The position numbers and the translations under genes are program-made. Below the pieces are notes generated by a model. It did not search any database, had not been told where the DNA came from, and was given only the letters and a program-made list of their open reading frames with translations. From NCBI GenBank assembly GCA_030141605.1, contig JAQGDQ010000347.1, forward strand, positions 66,617-130,616: a stretch of DNA of 64,000 nt. The letters run 5' to 3'. The stretch is from Tubiluchus corallicola (taxonomy: Eukaryota; Animalia; Priapulida). Below, in pieces: positions 51,732 through 61,310 of the stretch (position 1 is its first letter; each line of letters begins with the position of its first letter).

Positions 51732-52071
51732 ATATATGCCGACACAAGGTATGAAATAACTTTGTGAAAAATGAACCTTCATTGCAAGTTCTCAAAAAAA
51801 ACTTTCAACTTATATAATATATGCCGAGACAAAGCATGAAATAACTTTGTGAAAAATGAATCTTCACTACAACCTATTAAAAAAACTTTCAACTTATATA
51901 ATATATGTTGACACAAAGCATGAAATAACTTTGTGGAAAATGAACCTTCATTGCAAATTATTAAAAAAAGCTTTCAACTTATATTAACATATGCCGACGC
52001 AAGATATGAAATAACTTTGTGGAAAATGAACCTTCATTGCAAATTATTAAAAAAAGTTTCTCATTCATATA
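51732..52071. repeat. Tandem array of 4 imperfect ~85-bp units upstream of nrdJ
   Basis: ATGAAATAACTTTGT recurs at 51751, 51836, 51920 and 52006. Confidence 0.95.
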
Positions 52072-52175
52072 AGCTATATCGCATATAATAAGCAAAATAA
52101 ATAATTTTTAAAAACTCTACTATTTTCAAAAATTATTTTTTTAAAATATTAATCACAAAAAAGTGATCTGCAAAA

Positions 52176-53420
52176 TCAAACATTCGAAAGATTGTGAAAT
52201 ATATGGCTCATCATCTTTGCTGTCGCACCTCTGTGCTCTTTAATATATCTCCGAGTTATTTGGGAAACATCTTCAATATATTGAGGATTTTTAAGAAACC
52301 TCCCTAGAAATGACTCCATATCATTAAAATTCTTTACACAAAAAGCTGCTTCCAGATCAATTAAATCATGCGCCTCCTGGAACTTTCTGTAGTTAGGTCC
52401 AAAAGCAATGGGCATCCCAAAAGCTGCAGCTTCAAGAATATTATGTATCCCATCTGTAAAGCCTCCTCCTATAATAGCTATCTTCCCATACCTGTAAATT
52501 GGCATGAGGTAACCGTATTCGTCAACTATAAGGACACGCGCCCGCTTCAGATCAGCATTATCTGCTATCGAAAATAGAGTATATGAAACTGACAACTGCT
52601 TACTAATCCTCTCTATAGACTTCTTGCTAATCTCATGAGGAGCAATTACAAACTTTTCCTCACCTCCGGTATTATTTATGTATTTCGTTACCATTTTATC
52701 CTCTGTTTGCCATGTGCTGCCTGCAACAATAACTTTTTTACCTTCACAAAACACCTCCATCTTTTGCAAACTGGATGAAGCATCAGTAACCTGTCCCACC
52801 CTGTCAAAACGAGTATCGCCCACAACCATGACATTATCAAATCCTATTGACCTCAGAAGACTGAGCGACTCCATATTTTGCACATATATGTAACTAAATG
52901 CCTCCAGCGCTTTGCGGTACCACTTCCCCCACGGCTTAAAAAAAAGATTGGAAGGACGAAAAATTGCTGAAAAAAGATATGTGGGTATACCTCTGACTTT
53001 TAGCTGAGTAAGAAAATGATACCAAAACTCATACTTCACAAAAAAGACATACTTCGGCTTTACAATATCAATAAACTGTTTTGCATTAGCCAATGTATCA
53101 GCAGGAAGATAAAATGCATAATCCACATGCTCGTAATCCTTTTTCACATCGTAACCGGATGGAGAAAAAAAAGTTACAAGTATTTTCAAGTCTGGATAAA
53201 ACTTCTTTATTGTATCGATAAAAACTCTTCCCTGCTCAAACTCTCCCGATGACGACGAATGTACCCAGCAAATATCATGGTCAGAGCAGATAGCTTTCTT
53301 CATCACAGAAAAAATACCCTTGCGCCCATCCAACCATCTTTTTGCCTTTTGATTTTTTAAGGCTGCCAACCTGATAAGCAAACAATAACCCCTTATAATA
53401 ATATCGTAAATCAATCTCAT
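52176..53420 (-). CDS. waaA: Kdo transferase (ATG 53420 preferred)
   Basis: WVHSSSSGE, TFFSPSG, YLPAD, KYEFW, GDTRFDR, HNILEAA. Confidence 0.92.
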   Translation of the reverse strand: MRLIYDIIIRGYCLLIRLAALKNQKAKRWLDGRKGIFSVMKKAICSDHDICWVHSSSSGEFEQGRVFIDTIKKFYPDLKILVTFFSPSGYDVKKDYEHVDYAFYLPADTLANAKQFIDIVKPKYVFFVKYEFWYHFLTQLKVRGIPTYLFSAIFRPSNLFFKPWGKWYRKALEAFSYIYVQNMESLSLLRSIGFDNVMVVGDTRFDRVGQVTDASSSLQKMEVFCEGKKVIVAGSTWQTEDKMVTKYINNTGGEEKFVIAPHEISKKSIERISKQLSVSYTLFSIADNADLKRARVLIVDEYGYLMPIYRYGKIAIIGGGFTDGIHNILEAAAFGMPIAFGPNYRKFQEAHDLIDLEAAFCVKNFNDMESFLGRFLKNPQYIEDVSQITRRYIKEHRGATAKMMSHIFHNLSNV

Positions 53421-53455
53421 AATATAACGTACTAAAAAGCATAAACTTAAGACAA

Positions 53456-53497
53456 GAGGCCCCTGCAAAGCTCATCCTGCTTATTAATATTTTGCCT
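53456..53497 (-). repeat. Family A right-end fragment
   Basis: Reverse complement reads GCAAAATATTAATAAGCAGGATGAGCTTTGCAGGGGCCTC. Confidence 0.6.
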
Positions 53498-53533
53498 TAC
53501 GCTCTGTATCTACCACAACAGAAACACACATCA

Positions 53534-54361
53534 CTATATAAATATATCATGCGTAACCGGTGCAATGATACCTTTCTCCGCTGCCTGCTCAAAAAGCGTA
53601 TATACAGCTCTCTTCCCCTCTCTCCCCAGACTTATCGTAAAACCATTCACATACAAGTCAATATGACTTTGCATCACTTCATCATCCATTTCCTGTGCAT
53701 GCTCCCGCATAAAAGAGTAAGCTGCATGCGGATTTTTAAGAGCATACTCAACACTTCTTCTCAGCACACGATTTACTTTTTGGTGCACTTTTGCTTCAAG
53801 CTCCCTTCTTGCTACAATACCCCCCAGCGGGATAGGCATACCTGTCAGACCTTCCCAGTACACTCCCAGGTCAGTTATTTTTCTCAACCCCTTTTTGACA
53901 TACGTAAACCTGCTTTCATGAATAATAAGGCCCGCATCAGCTTCTTCCGAAAGCACCGCTTCCTCTATATCTGAAAACAGGTACTCCGCCTTTTCTTTTA
54001 CTTCAGGATATGCAATATTCAGCAGCAAATTAGCAGTTGTGTACTCCCCCGGGATTGCAACCTTCAAGTCTGAAACCTCATCAGGATATATCTTATGTTT
54101 ACTAACCAACAACGGCCCGTTGTTTCGCCCTAACGCGCTACCTGCATTCAACAGTATATATTTGTCCAGAACAAAAGCATAAGCGTGATAGCTAAGCTTA
54201 GTAACATCAATATCTCCTGCAAAAGCACAACGATTTAGCTCATCAACATCAGCTACCACCGGCTCAAACTCAAACCCCTCTGTATCCACCCTACTATGAA
54301 TCATTGCTTCAAAGATAAAAGTATCATTAGGGCATGTTGAGAAACCAAGCTTTAACTTCAT
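53534..54361 (-). CDS. mqnD: 1,4-dihydroxy-6-naphthoate synthase (futalosine menaquinone pathway)
   Basis: GFSTCPNDTFIF, GLIIHESRF, PIPLGG, HIDLYVN. Confidence 0.93.
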   Translation of the reverse strand: MKLKLGFSTCPNDTFIFEAMIHSRVDTEGFEFEPVVADVDELNRCAFAGDIDVTKLSYHAYAFVLDKYILLNAGSALGRNNGPLLVSKHKIYPDEVSDLKVAIPGEYTTANLLLNIAYPEVKEKAEYLFSDIEEAVLSEEADAGLIIHESRFTYVKKGLRKITDLGVYWEGLTGMPIPLGGIVARRELEAKVHQKVNRVLRRSVEYALKNPHAAYSFMREHAQEMDDEVMQSHIDLYVNGFTISLGREGKRAVYTLFEQAAEKGIIAPVTHDIFI

Positions 54362-54465
54362 ATCTATTATAAGTTTTGTTTTTACTAAATATTAAATAGA
54401 GCCTACCACAACTCTATAACTACAGGCGTTTTACCAACTCCGCTTAAAAATCGCCTTACACCTCA

Positions 54466-55731
54466 CTAAACCGGATCACGCAAAATAGGGCATGTCATGC
54501 AGTGCCCACCACCACGCCCTTTACCAAGCTCTGAGCCATCTATCGTCAACACCTTTATACCTGCTCGCTTAAACTGTAGATTTGTATATTCATTTTTCTC
54601 ATAAGATATAACTATGCCGGGCTCAACAGCAATAACATTGTTAGCATCATCCCACTGCTCTCTTGCAGCCTGATACTCATCCCCCCCTGTCGGTATAATA
54701 CGTAAATTTCTTATACCAACTGCATCTGAAACAGCATCAATAAAACTTCTTTCCCTGACCACAGAAAACCTGTTACCCTCCTGGCGTATAGAATAAGCCG
54801 TTATTGCATCTACCACTTTAGGGTATATAGTAATCGCATCCCTGTCAAGAAAGCTAAATACTGTGTCCAAGTGCATATGTGCTCTGTCTTTTGTCATCTG
54901 ACATGCAATAACCCTTTCCACCTCTCCCCTGTCAAATAGCATTTTAGCGATCTGCTCTATCACCACACCTGTGGTCCGCTCACCCATACCTATCAAAACG
55001 GTCTTGTTTCCAATAGGCATAACATCCCCCCCTTCCAGAGATGAGTACCCAAAATCAGGATTACGACCCTTGCTAAACAGATTGCCATCTGTCCACAAAA
55101 ATTCAAAATTGGCACTCCTAAACATAGGGTGATACCTGTAAATAGTCGCCATGTTTATCACCTCAAGCCGGCGGGCAGAGGAGTACATAGGATTTAAAGA
55201 GACGCTATTATACACCCAACTGGAAGAATCACGGGTAAAAAGACTGTTGGGTAAAGGCCTAAGTATAAAATCATCATCTCCGGAAGCAGATGATATAAGA
55301 GAGTGACGTACCAGCCCGTCTAAATCAACACCACACTTCTTTAGCTCCCCTTTTGTTATACCACCGATAAAATGCTCTGCTAAAACTGCTGGCTCCATCT
55401 CTACCAGAGATCCCCGTATTTCCTGCAGTGCCCCAACTCCCACAGAATGCTCGCTTACAGCCATATTTACCGCACTCTCCCGTGCATATTTGCTCTGAAA
55501 AGAGGTAGACAACAAATCTTTAAGATAAAATACCTCAACACCACAGCTATGTAATATATCGACAAATGCATCGTGTTGTTCCCCCGCCTTTTTCACCCAA
55601 AGTACATCATCAAAAAGTAACTCATCATGGTTTGATGGCGTTAACCTTCGCAGCTCCAGGCTAGGCCGGTGCACAATAACTTTACTCAGCTTTCCAATCT
55701 CCGAATCGACATAGAAATCTTTTGCTTGCAT
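54466..55731 (-). CDS. arcA: Arginine deiminase
   Basis: SEIGKL, LLFDD, FTRD, LEGGD, MHLDTV, GRGGGHCMTCP. Confidence 0.95.
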   Translation of the reverse strand: MQAKDFYVDSEIGKLSKVIVHRPSLELRRLTPSNHDELLFDDVLWVKKAGEQHDAFVDILHSCGVEVFYLKDLLSTSFQSKYARESAVNMAVSEHSVGVGALQEIRGSLVEMEPAVLAEHFIGGITKGELKKCGVDLDGLVRHSLISSASGDDDFILRPLPNSLFTRDSSSWVYNSVSLNPMYSSARRLEVINMATIYRYHPMFRSANFEFLWTDGNLFSKGRNPDFGYSSLEGGDVMPIGNKTVLIGMGERTTGVVIEQIAKMLFDRGEVERVIACQMTKDRAHMHLDTVFSFLDRDAITIYPKVVDAITAYSIRQEGNRFSVVRERSFIDAVSDAVGIRNLRIIPTGGDEYQAAREQWDDANNVIAVEPGIVISYEKNEYTNLQFKRAGIKVLTIDGSELGKGRGGGHCMTCPILRDPV

Positions 55732-56029
55732 AATAACTACTTAGTTGTCCGTTATGTTTTCACAAAACGAAAGTAGCGAAAATTGACCGGATATGTTAAC
55801 ATAACTTACGGAGATAAAACCAACACTATTCTGCAACATGAGCCATACCCATCAGAAATAACTGAAAAGGATAAAAAAACACGCCATACCTGTTTGCTTA
55901 TTCGACCTGTAACTAAACCAGCCAGGAAAATCAAACTTTCATTTTGAAGCCTGTCGAATAAAAATAATCCGAGAGAATAACACCATTAAGCTATCAGTTT
56001 ATTATATTTCGCTGTCAAATCAAAAACAA

Positions 56030-56572
56030 ACGGGTATCGACTACAACACTAAGACATCAAAGTATAATTGGCTTGCCATATATGTTAAAGCACGTTCCGA
56101 AAAAAAAGTATTCTCTTTACTATCCAATAACAACATTGAAGCCTACCTGCCTCTACAAAAAAAACTAAGAAAGTGGAGTGACAGAAAAAAATGGGTTGAG
56201 GTGCCGCTATTCCCCGGATACCTTTTTGTGAAGGTAAGCAAAAAAGAATATAATAGTATATTACAGATCAAACATGTAGTTTGCTATATCACATTTGAGG
56301 GCAAAGCATCCGTTGTCAGAGAAGAAAATATTATCTCTTTGAAGCGACTGTTGGAGCAACAGGAGGTTGATATAGAAATAACCTCTGAAACATTAAAAGT
56401 TGGACGCAAAGTTGAAATAACCACAGGGCCACTGATAGGAGTAAAAGGTGAACTGATTGAAGTGCGTGGAAAAAAAAACGTATGTATCCGCATTGGACCA
56501 ATAGGACAAACCGTCATTCTAAATACTCCGGGAAAAAACATTGCGCTACTCCCTCCCGAAAAACTACCTTAG
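56030..56572 (+). CDS. upxY: UpxY-family (NusG-paralog) antiterminator; NGN domain extends 5' of the called ORF with only an ACG start
   Basis: In-frame YNWLAIYVKARSEKKV...EAYLPL..KLRKWSDRKKWVEVPLFPGYLFV; KOW GRKVEITTGPLIG; in-frame stop at 55910 with no ATG/GTG/TTG before 56201. Confidence 0.85.
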   Translation, partial: TGIDYNTKTSKYNWLAIYVKARSEKKVFSLLSNNNIEAYLPLQKKLRKWSDRKKWVEVPLFPGYLFVKVSKKEYNSILQIKHVVCYITFEGKASVVREENIISLKRLLEQQEVDIEITSETLKVGRKVEITTGPLIGVKGELIEVRGKKNVCIRIGPIGQTVILNTPGKNIALLPPEKLP

Positions 56573-56581
56573 TTATATTTT

Positions 56582-56942
56582 GAAGCCTTCGCAAAACCCG
56601 TATTTCTTATTAGTGCTCTCTTCAAATCCCTCATTTACATTAGTAAATAGTCGCTCATCAAACTCCTTAAAAAGATAAACAAAGCCGACAGCGTAGGCTT
56701 TCACCAAAAGCATTTAATGACTTGACCTTTTGCCTCTTTTACATCAAAAGCAACTGTATAATCGCCAATACGAACTGTACGCTTTTTTTAAGCCTCCAGA
56801 GGGATTTATTTGTATCCCAGATCAAAATATGCAAATAGTAAATTTACCTCAACAGAAATTAACTCTTAAGGGATAACCTGGATAGTGGTTTCTCATCAAA
56901 CTTCTCCTTAGCCCGAAAAAACTTTCGCCATGCAAAGGTCTC
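56582..56942 (-). repeat. Family A reverse copy interrupted by ~220 bp
   Basis: GAAGCCTTCGCAAAA...CCTCATTTACATTAGTAA then GGTTTCTCATCAAAC...TTCGCCATGCAAAGGTCTC. Confidence 0.65.
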
Positions 56943-56971
56943 TCATTATCTAAAACCAGCAGCTGACTTTA

Positions 56972-57991
56972 TCAAGTACGGCCTTTTGTTGACAACAATC
57001 CACAGGCTGCAGATATATCTTTCCCTCGTGAAGTGCGTATGGTTGTCGTTATTCCTTTACTACTAATAAGATCTTTAAACCTAAAAATAGCGCTATTATC
57101 TGAACTTTTCATGGGGAAACCGGGCGTAGGGTGAAAACGAATAAGATTGACTCGGCACCTTATGCCACGTAGCATACGTACCAGCTCCATAGCATGTTTG
57201 TGGGTATCGTTGAACCCCTCAAACATTATGTACTCAAACGAAACTCTGCGCTGCCTCCCAAAGCTATGCTCCCGCAAAAGATCTATGACCTCTTTAATGG
57301 GGTACGCCGCCTGTCCAGGCACCAGCCTTTTACGCTCTTCTTCAAACGGCGTATGTAAACTGATTGCAAGATGGCAGCTTGATGACCTCAGAAACTCCTT
57401 TATCCCGGGATTAACCCCAATACTTGATACAGTAATTCGCTTGGGACTCAAAGCAAAACCATAGCTGGAAGTTAATATCTCAAGGCTCTTCATCACGTTA
57501 TCAAGATTGTCGAATGGCTCCCCCATCCCCATGTATACAATATTGGTAATCTCACTGTGCTCATCAATACTCTTCACCTGATTAATAATTTCACCAGGTG
57601 ATAACTGTCCCTGAAAACCCTGTTCTCCGGTCATACAAAAACGACACCCCATTTTACACCCAATCTGTGATGAAACACATACAGTCTTTCGCTCCGCATC
57701 CGGGATCATCGCCGTCTCAATAAACTTCCCACTATTGGTAGTAAAAAGATACTTTTTCGTTCCATCAATGCTGGATTGAACCTGCGTAGGGCTGGTAAGC
57801 CCAAAACTATAACGATTCTTCAACCTCTCTCTACCCCGCTTTGATATATCAGACATATCGTCAATAGATGACACGTCTCTCTTATAGAGCCAGGCTGCTA
57901 TTTGCCTTGCCGCAAATTGTGGTAGCTCCACACTCTCAACAACCTCATACAACTCCTGCAATGTTTTCCCCAGTAGGCTCTCCTTTTTCAT
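56972..57991 (-). CDS. rlmN: 23S rRNA m2A2503/tRNA methyltransferase RlmN
   Basis: CVSSQIGCKMGCRFC radical SAM motif, MGMGEP, ISLH, AACGLL. Confidence 0.95.
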   Translation of the reverse strand: MKKESLLGKTLQELYEVVESVELPQFAARQIAAWLYKRDVSSIDDMSDISKRGRERLKNRYSFGLTSPTQVQSSIDGTKKYLFTTNSGKFIETAMIPDAERKTVCVSSQIGCKMGCRFCMTGEQGFQGQLSPGEIINQVKSIDEHSEITNIVYMGMGEPFDNLDNVMKSLEILTSSYGFALSPKRITVSSIGVNPGIKEFLRSSSCHLAISLHTPFEEERKRLVPGQAAYPIKEVIDLLREHSFGRQRRVSFEYIMFEGFNDTHKHAMELVRMLRGIRCRVNLIRFHPTPGFPMKSSDNSAIFRFKDLISSKGITTTIRTSRGKDISAACGLLSTKGRT

Positions 57992-58150
57992 AGCCTGTAT
58001 GTTAAAGATATAACTGATAACACAAAAACCTCTCCTTTTCAATAAATTATCACGCTACAACTCCAATCTATAATTAAAAACCGAAGAGCAAAGGTAGTCA
58101 ATTTAATCGCGGTAGCAGCTACGCAATTTCACCGGCCTAATATTAAAATA

Positions 58151-58280
58151 GAACCCCTTGCAAAACTCATATTGTATTATTAAGTTTTCATCAAAACTCT
58201 TACTTACATCAATAACCTATAGTCTCTTCTCCAAGTTTTCCTCAGTCCAAACCCAAAACAGCTCGCCTTGCAAAGGCCTC
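58151..58280 (-). repeat. Family A full reverse copy
   Basis: Ends GAACCCCTTGCAAAACTCAT...TCGCCTTGCAAAGGCCTC. Confidence 0.8.
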
Positions 58281-58314
58281 AAATAATACTATCTTCGTAC
58301 TGGATATAATAGTT

Positions 58315-58575
58315 TTGGCTGTGATCAAATGTTTTAGAAAGATATTGATTCAAATGTTAAAACTACCTGTTCTACTTTACAGGTATGCCATATCACCTAT
58401 AAAACCAGCTTCATGTAGGCATTTGCCTACCTGTTCGCGGTATGCAATTGAGGCATTGGAAACTCATGGCCCGCTGAAAGGAAGTTGGCTGACTATCAGG
58501 CGAATCCTGAAGTGCCATCCTTGGGGAACACACGGATATGATCCCGTCCCTCCTGTGGTAAACAAGAGAAAATAA
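58315..58575 (+). CDS. yidD: Membrane protein insertion efficiency factor YidD
   Basis: [11 protein letters not shown]...HGPLKG...[15 protein letters not shown]. Confidence 0.93.
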   Translation: MAVIKCFRKILIQMLKLPVLLYRYAISPIKPASCRHLPTCSRYAIEALETHGPLKGSWLTIRRILKCHPWGTHGYDPVPPVVNKRK

Positions 58576-58596
58576 TAATCAATAATAACATGTATA

Positions 58597-59469
58597 ATGA
58601 AGCGTAATACCATTCTTTTCACTCTATCTTTGCTTCTTTTATCGTGCTCTATAAAAAACAAGAAGGTTAGTAACCCTGTGATTTTTGTAAGCATACATCC
58701 TCTTAAATACTTTGCTGACAGGGTTGTAGGCGATAACTACTCTGTTATGGTAATGATTCCACCAGGGACAAGCCCAGCAACATGGGCTCCAACTCCCACA
58801 CATATGCGCAGCTTGTCAGATGCCAAAGCCTACTTCTCTATAGGGCATCTCGGTTTTGAAAAGGCATGGGTAAAAGAATTTAAAAAAATGAACCCCAACA
58901 TGAGGGTTATAGCAACATCCGTTGATGCAGACCTGATAAAAATAGTTGAACAAGACCACGGAGACCATGTTCATCGCGGAATCGATCCGCACGTATGGGT
59001 CTCACCCAAACAAGCATCTGTTATTGCAAAAAACATATTTGAAGGAGTAGCCTCAATAGACCCTAAAAACAGAGAGTTATACTACCAGAATCTCTTAAAA
59101 TTACTGTCCGATATTGATATGGTGGATAAAAAAGTTGAAACCAGCCTCACCCCCATATCAGGTAAAAAATTTATAATCTTTCACCCTTCACTCGGTTATT
59201 TAGCACGCGATTACGGACTGGAACAAATCCCAATAGAATTTGATGGCAAGCTGCCTTCGCCTTCCTACATGCAACATCTTGTAGAGACTGCAAAAGCAGA
59301 AGATATAAAACTGGTTTTAATACAAAAAGAATTTGATATTGATAACGCCAGATCGCTAGCTAACGAGATCAATGGTACCGTTGTGCAAGTTAACCCGCTT
59401 GATTATGACTGGGCACAACAGGTAATATACATTTCAACAGTATTATCAGAGAACCTAAAAGACAATTAG
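58597..59469 (+). CDS. znuA: Zn/Mn ABC transporter substrate-binding lipoprotein
   Basis: Lipobox LLSC; His loop DHGDHVH; DPHVWVSP; FHPSLGY. Confidence 0.88.
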   Translation: MKRNTILFTLSLLLLSCSIKNKKVSNPVIFVSIHPLKYFADRVVGDNYSVMVMIPPGTSPATWAPTPTHMRSLSDAKAYFSIGHLGFEKAWVKEFKKMNPNMRVIATSVDADLIKIVEQDHGDHVHRGIDPHVWVSPKQASVIAKNIFEGVASIDPKNRELYYQNLLKLLSDIDMVDKKVETSLTPISGKKFIIFHPSLGYLARDYGLEQIPIEFDGKLPSPSYMQHLVETAKAEDIKLVLIQKEFDIDNARSLANEINGTVVQVNPLDYDWAQQVIYISTVLSENLKDN

Positions 59470-59512
59470 CGCTACGGGGTAGTTTTACTATAAGCTATAA
59501 GAAAAAGGAGGT

Positions 59513-60265
59513 ATGAAAAAACTACTGAAAATACAGAATATGTCGGCTGGATATGGTAGGAATATTGTACTGAAAAATGTCAACCTGGAAGTAAATAGTA
59601 AGGATTTTATAGGAATAATAGGCCCAAATGGAGGAGGAAAAACAACTTTGCTAAAAGCCATTTTGGGTATATTACCTAAAATGGATGGTAATATAACTTT
59701 CAGTCCGAAAATAAAGAGAGGAAAGCGACACAGTATAGGGTATTTACCCCAGATAAACAATATTGACAACAAATTTCCCATATCGGTACATAATGTGGTG
59801 CTGTCTGGGCTAATGTCCGGCGGCAGATTGCTGGGAGGCTTCTCTCGAGCTGAAAAAAGAAGAGCCAACGAACTACTAGCAGAAATGGGTATTTATGATA
59901 TACGAAACAGTCCCATTGGAAAGCTTTCAGGAGGACAAGTACAACGCACACTGCTTTGCAGAGCATTGATTAACAGCCCCAGGCTGCTTATTCTCGATGA
60001 ACCATCTACCTATGTTGACAGTAGGTTTGAGCACAACCTCTATGAAAAGCTCAGAACTATGAATGAAAAAATGGCAATACTTCTTGTATCACACGATATT
60101 GGTACAATCTCATCCCACGTTAAAAGTATTGCCTGTGTAAACAAAACACTGCACTACCACCCATCAAACAAGATTACTCCTGAGCAACTGGCAGAATACG
60201 AATGCCCGATACAGATTATATCACACGGAGATATACCCCACACTGTGCTTGGAGAGCACAGATAA
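59513..60265 (+). CDS. znuC: Zn ABC transporter ATPase
   Basis: GPNGGGKTT, LSGGQ, LDEP, VSHD. Confidence 0.9.
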   Translation: MKKLLKIQNMSAGYGRNIVLKNVNLEVNSKDFIGIIGPNGGGKTTLLKAILGILPKMDGNITFSPKIKRGKRHSIGYLPQINNIDNKFPISVHNVVLSGLMSGGRLLGGFSRAEKRRANELLAEMGIYDIRNSPIGKLSGGQVQRTLLCRALINSPRLLILDEPSTYVDSRFEHNLYEKLRTMNEKMAILLVSHDIGTISSHVKSIACVNKTLHYHPSNKITPEQLAEYECPIQIISHGDIPHTVLGEHR

Positions 60266-60292
60266 CAATAAAACTAATAAATTAAAACTATG

Positions 60293-60426
60293 GTAATTGC
60301 AAAGCAAAATATTCTGGCTAAGGTTAAAACTCGATGAAAAACCGCAGCTTACTAACGTAAATAAAGGTACAAAAGAGGATTTTGATAAAAATATTAATAA
60401 AAAAATAAAGCCATTCAAAAAGCATC
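60293..60426 (+). repeat. Family A copy between znuC and znuB
   Basis: CTCGATGAAAAACCGCAGCTTACTAACGTAAATAAAG...GAGGATTTTGATAAAAATATTAATAAAAA. Confidence 0.8.
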
Positions 60427-60438
60427 AAACCATAGCAA

Positions 60439-61263
60439 ATGAAATTTAGCGCAATATTCCAGTACAGTTTCTTTCAAAATGCATGCATCGTGGCACTGCT
60501 TGCAAGCATTATCTGTGGCATAATAGGCACCTATATTGTATCGCGAAGAATAGTATTCATAAGTGGAGGAATTACACACGCTTCATTTGGAGGTATTGGA
60601 ATAGGATACTACCTGGGATTTGAACCTATATTGGGGGCACTGGCTTTTGGAACACTTTCGGCACTCGGTATTGATCTTTTTTCAAAAAAAGCAGACATAA
60701 GAGAAGACTCGGCAATAGCCATATTCTGGACATTGGGAATGGCAGTAGGTATAATATTTATACATATGACTCCCGGTTATGCACCCAATCTGATGAGTTA
60801 TCTTTTTGGCAATATCCTTACTGTCTCAACACTCCATATATTCATGATGCTACTGTTAGCGCTGACAGTATCTTCTTTCTTTATCCTGTTCTTCTGGACA
60901 ATACTCTCTGTATCGTTCGATCAGGAATTTGCCCTCAGCAATAACGCTCCGGTAAAGGTATTCAACGCTGTGCTTATATGCCTGGTTGCATTCACAATAA
61001 TACTCAGCATTCGCGTTGTAGGTATAATACTTGTAATGTCTCTGCTTACTATCCCTCAGTCAATAGCAAATATCTTTACAAAGAAGTTTGGCAATATGAT
61101 TTTTATCTCCATAGCTTTCTCCTTCGCTGGAACTTTTGCGGGGCTAATTGCTTCTTACTGGATACCTGTCCCTTCAGGAGCAGCTATAATATTCTCTTTG
61201 ATATTAATGTTCCTGTTCGTTCGACTGGGCGCTTACATTATGGTGAAACGTAAGCATAAATAA
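60439..61263 (+). CDS. znuB: Zn ABC transporter permease
   Basis: ITHASFGG, YLFGNIL, VVGIILV, PSGA. Confidence 0.9.
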   Translation: MKFSAIFQYSFFQNACIVALLASIICGIIGTYIVSRRIVFISGGITHASFGGIGIGYYLGFEPILGALAFGTLSALGIDLFSKKADIREDSAIAIFWTLGMAVGIIFIHMTPGYAPNLMSYLFGNILTVSTLHIFMMLLLALTVSSFFILFFWTILSVSFDQEFALSNNAPVKVFNAVLICLVAFTIILSIRVVGIILVMSLLTIPQSIANIFTKKFGNMIFISIAFSFAGTFAGLIASYWIPVPSGAAIIFSLILMFLFVRLGAYIMVKRKHK

Positions 61264-61310
61264 AAACTTACTAAGAAGTTTTGACAAAAACATTAATATA
61301 AAAGCCCTCC

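Noticed and set aside
51732-52071. CRISPR array
   Set aside because: Units are similar along their whole ~85 bp with no unique spacers, and there are no cas genes in the window
51732-52175. Replication origin (DnaA boxes plus AT-rich tract)
   Set aside because: Gene orientation and the C-rich plus strand look the same on both sides, with no visible skew inversion; a genome-wide skew plot would settle it
51671-52175. Cobalamin riboswitch upstream of nrdJ
   Set aside because: The region is very AT-rich and I see no B12-box or conserved riboswitch core
53492-53974. 160-aa plus-strand ORF
   Set aside because: Antisense to mqnD
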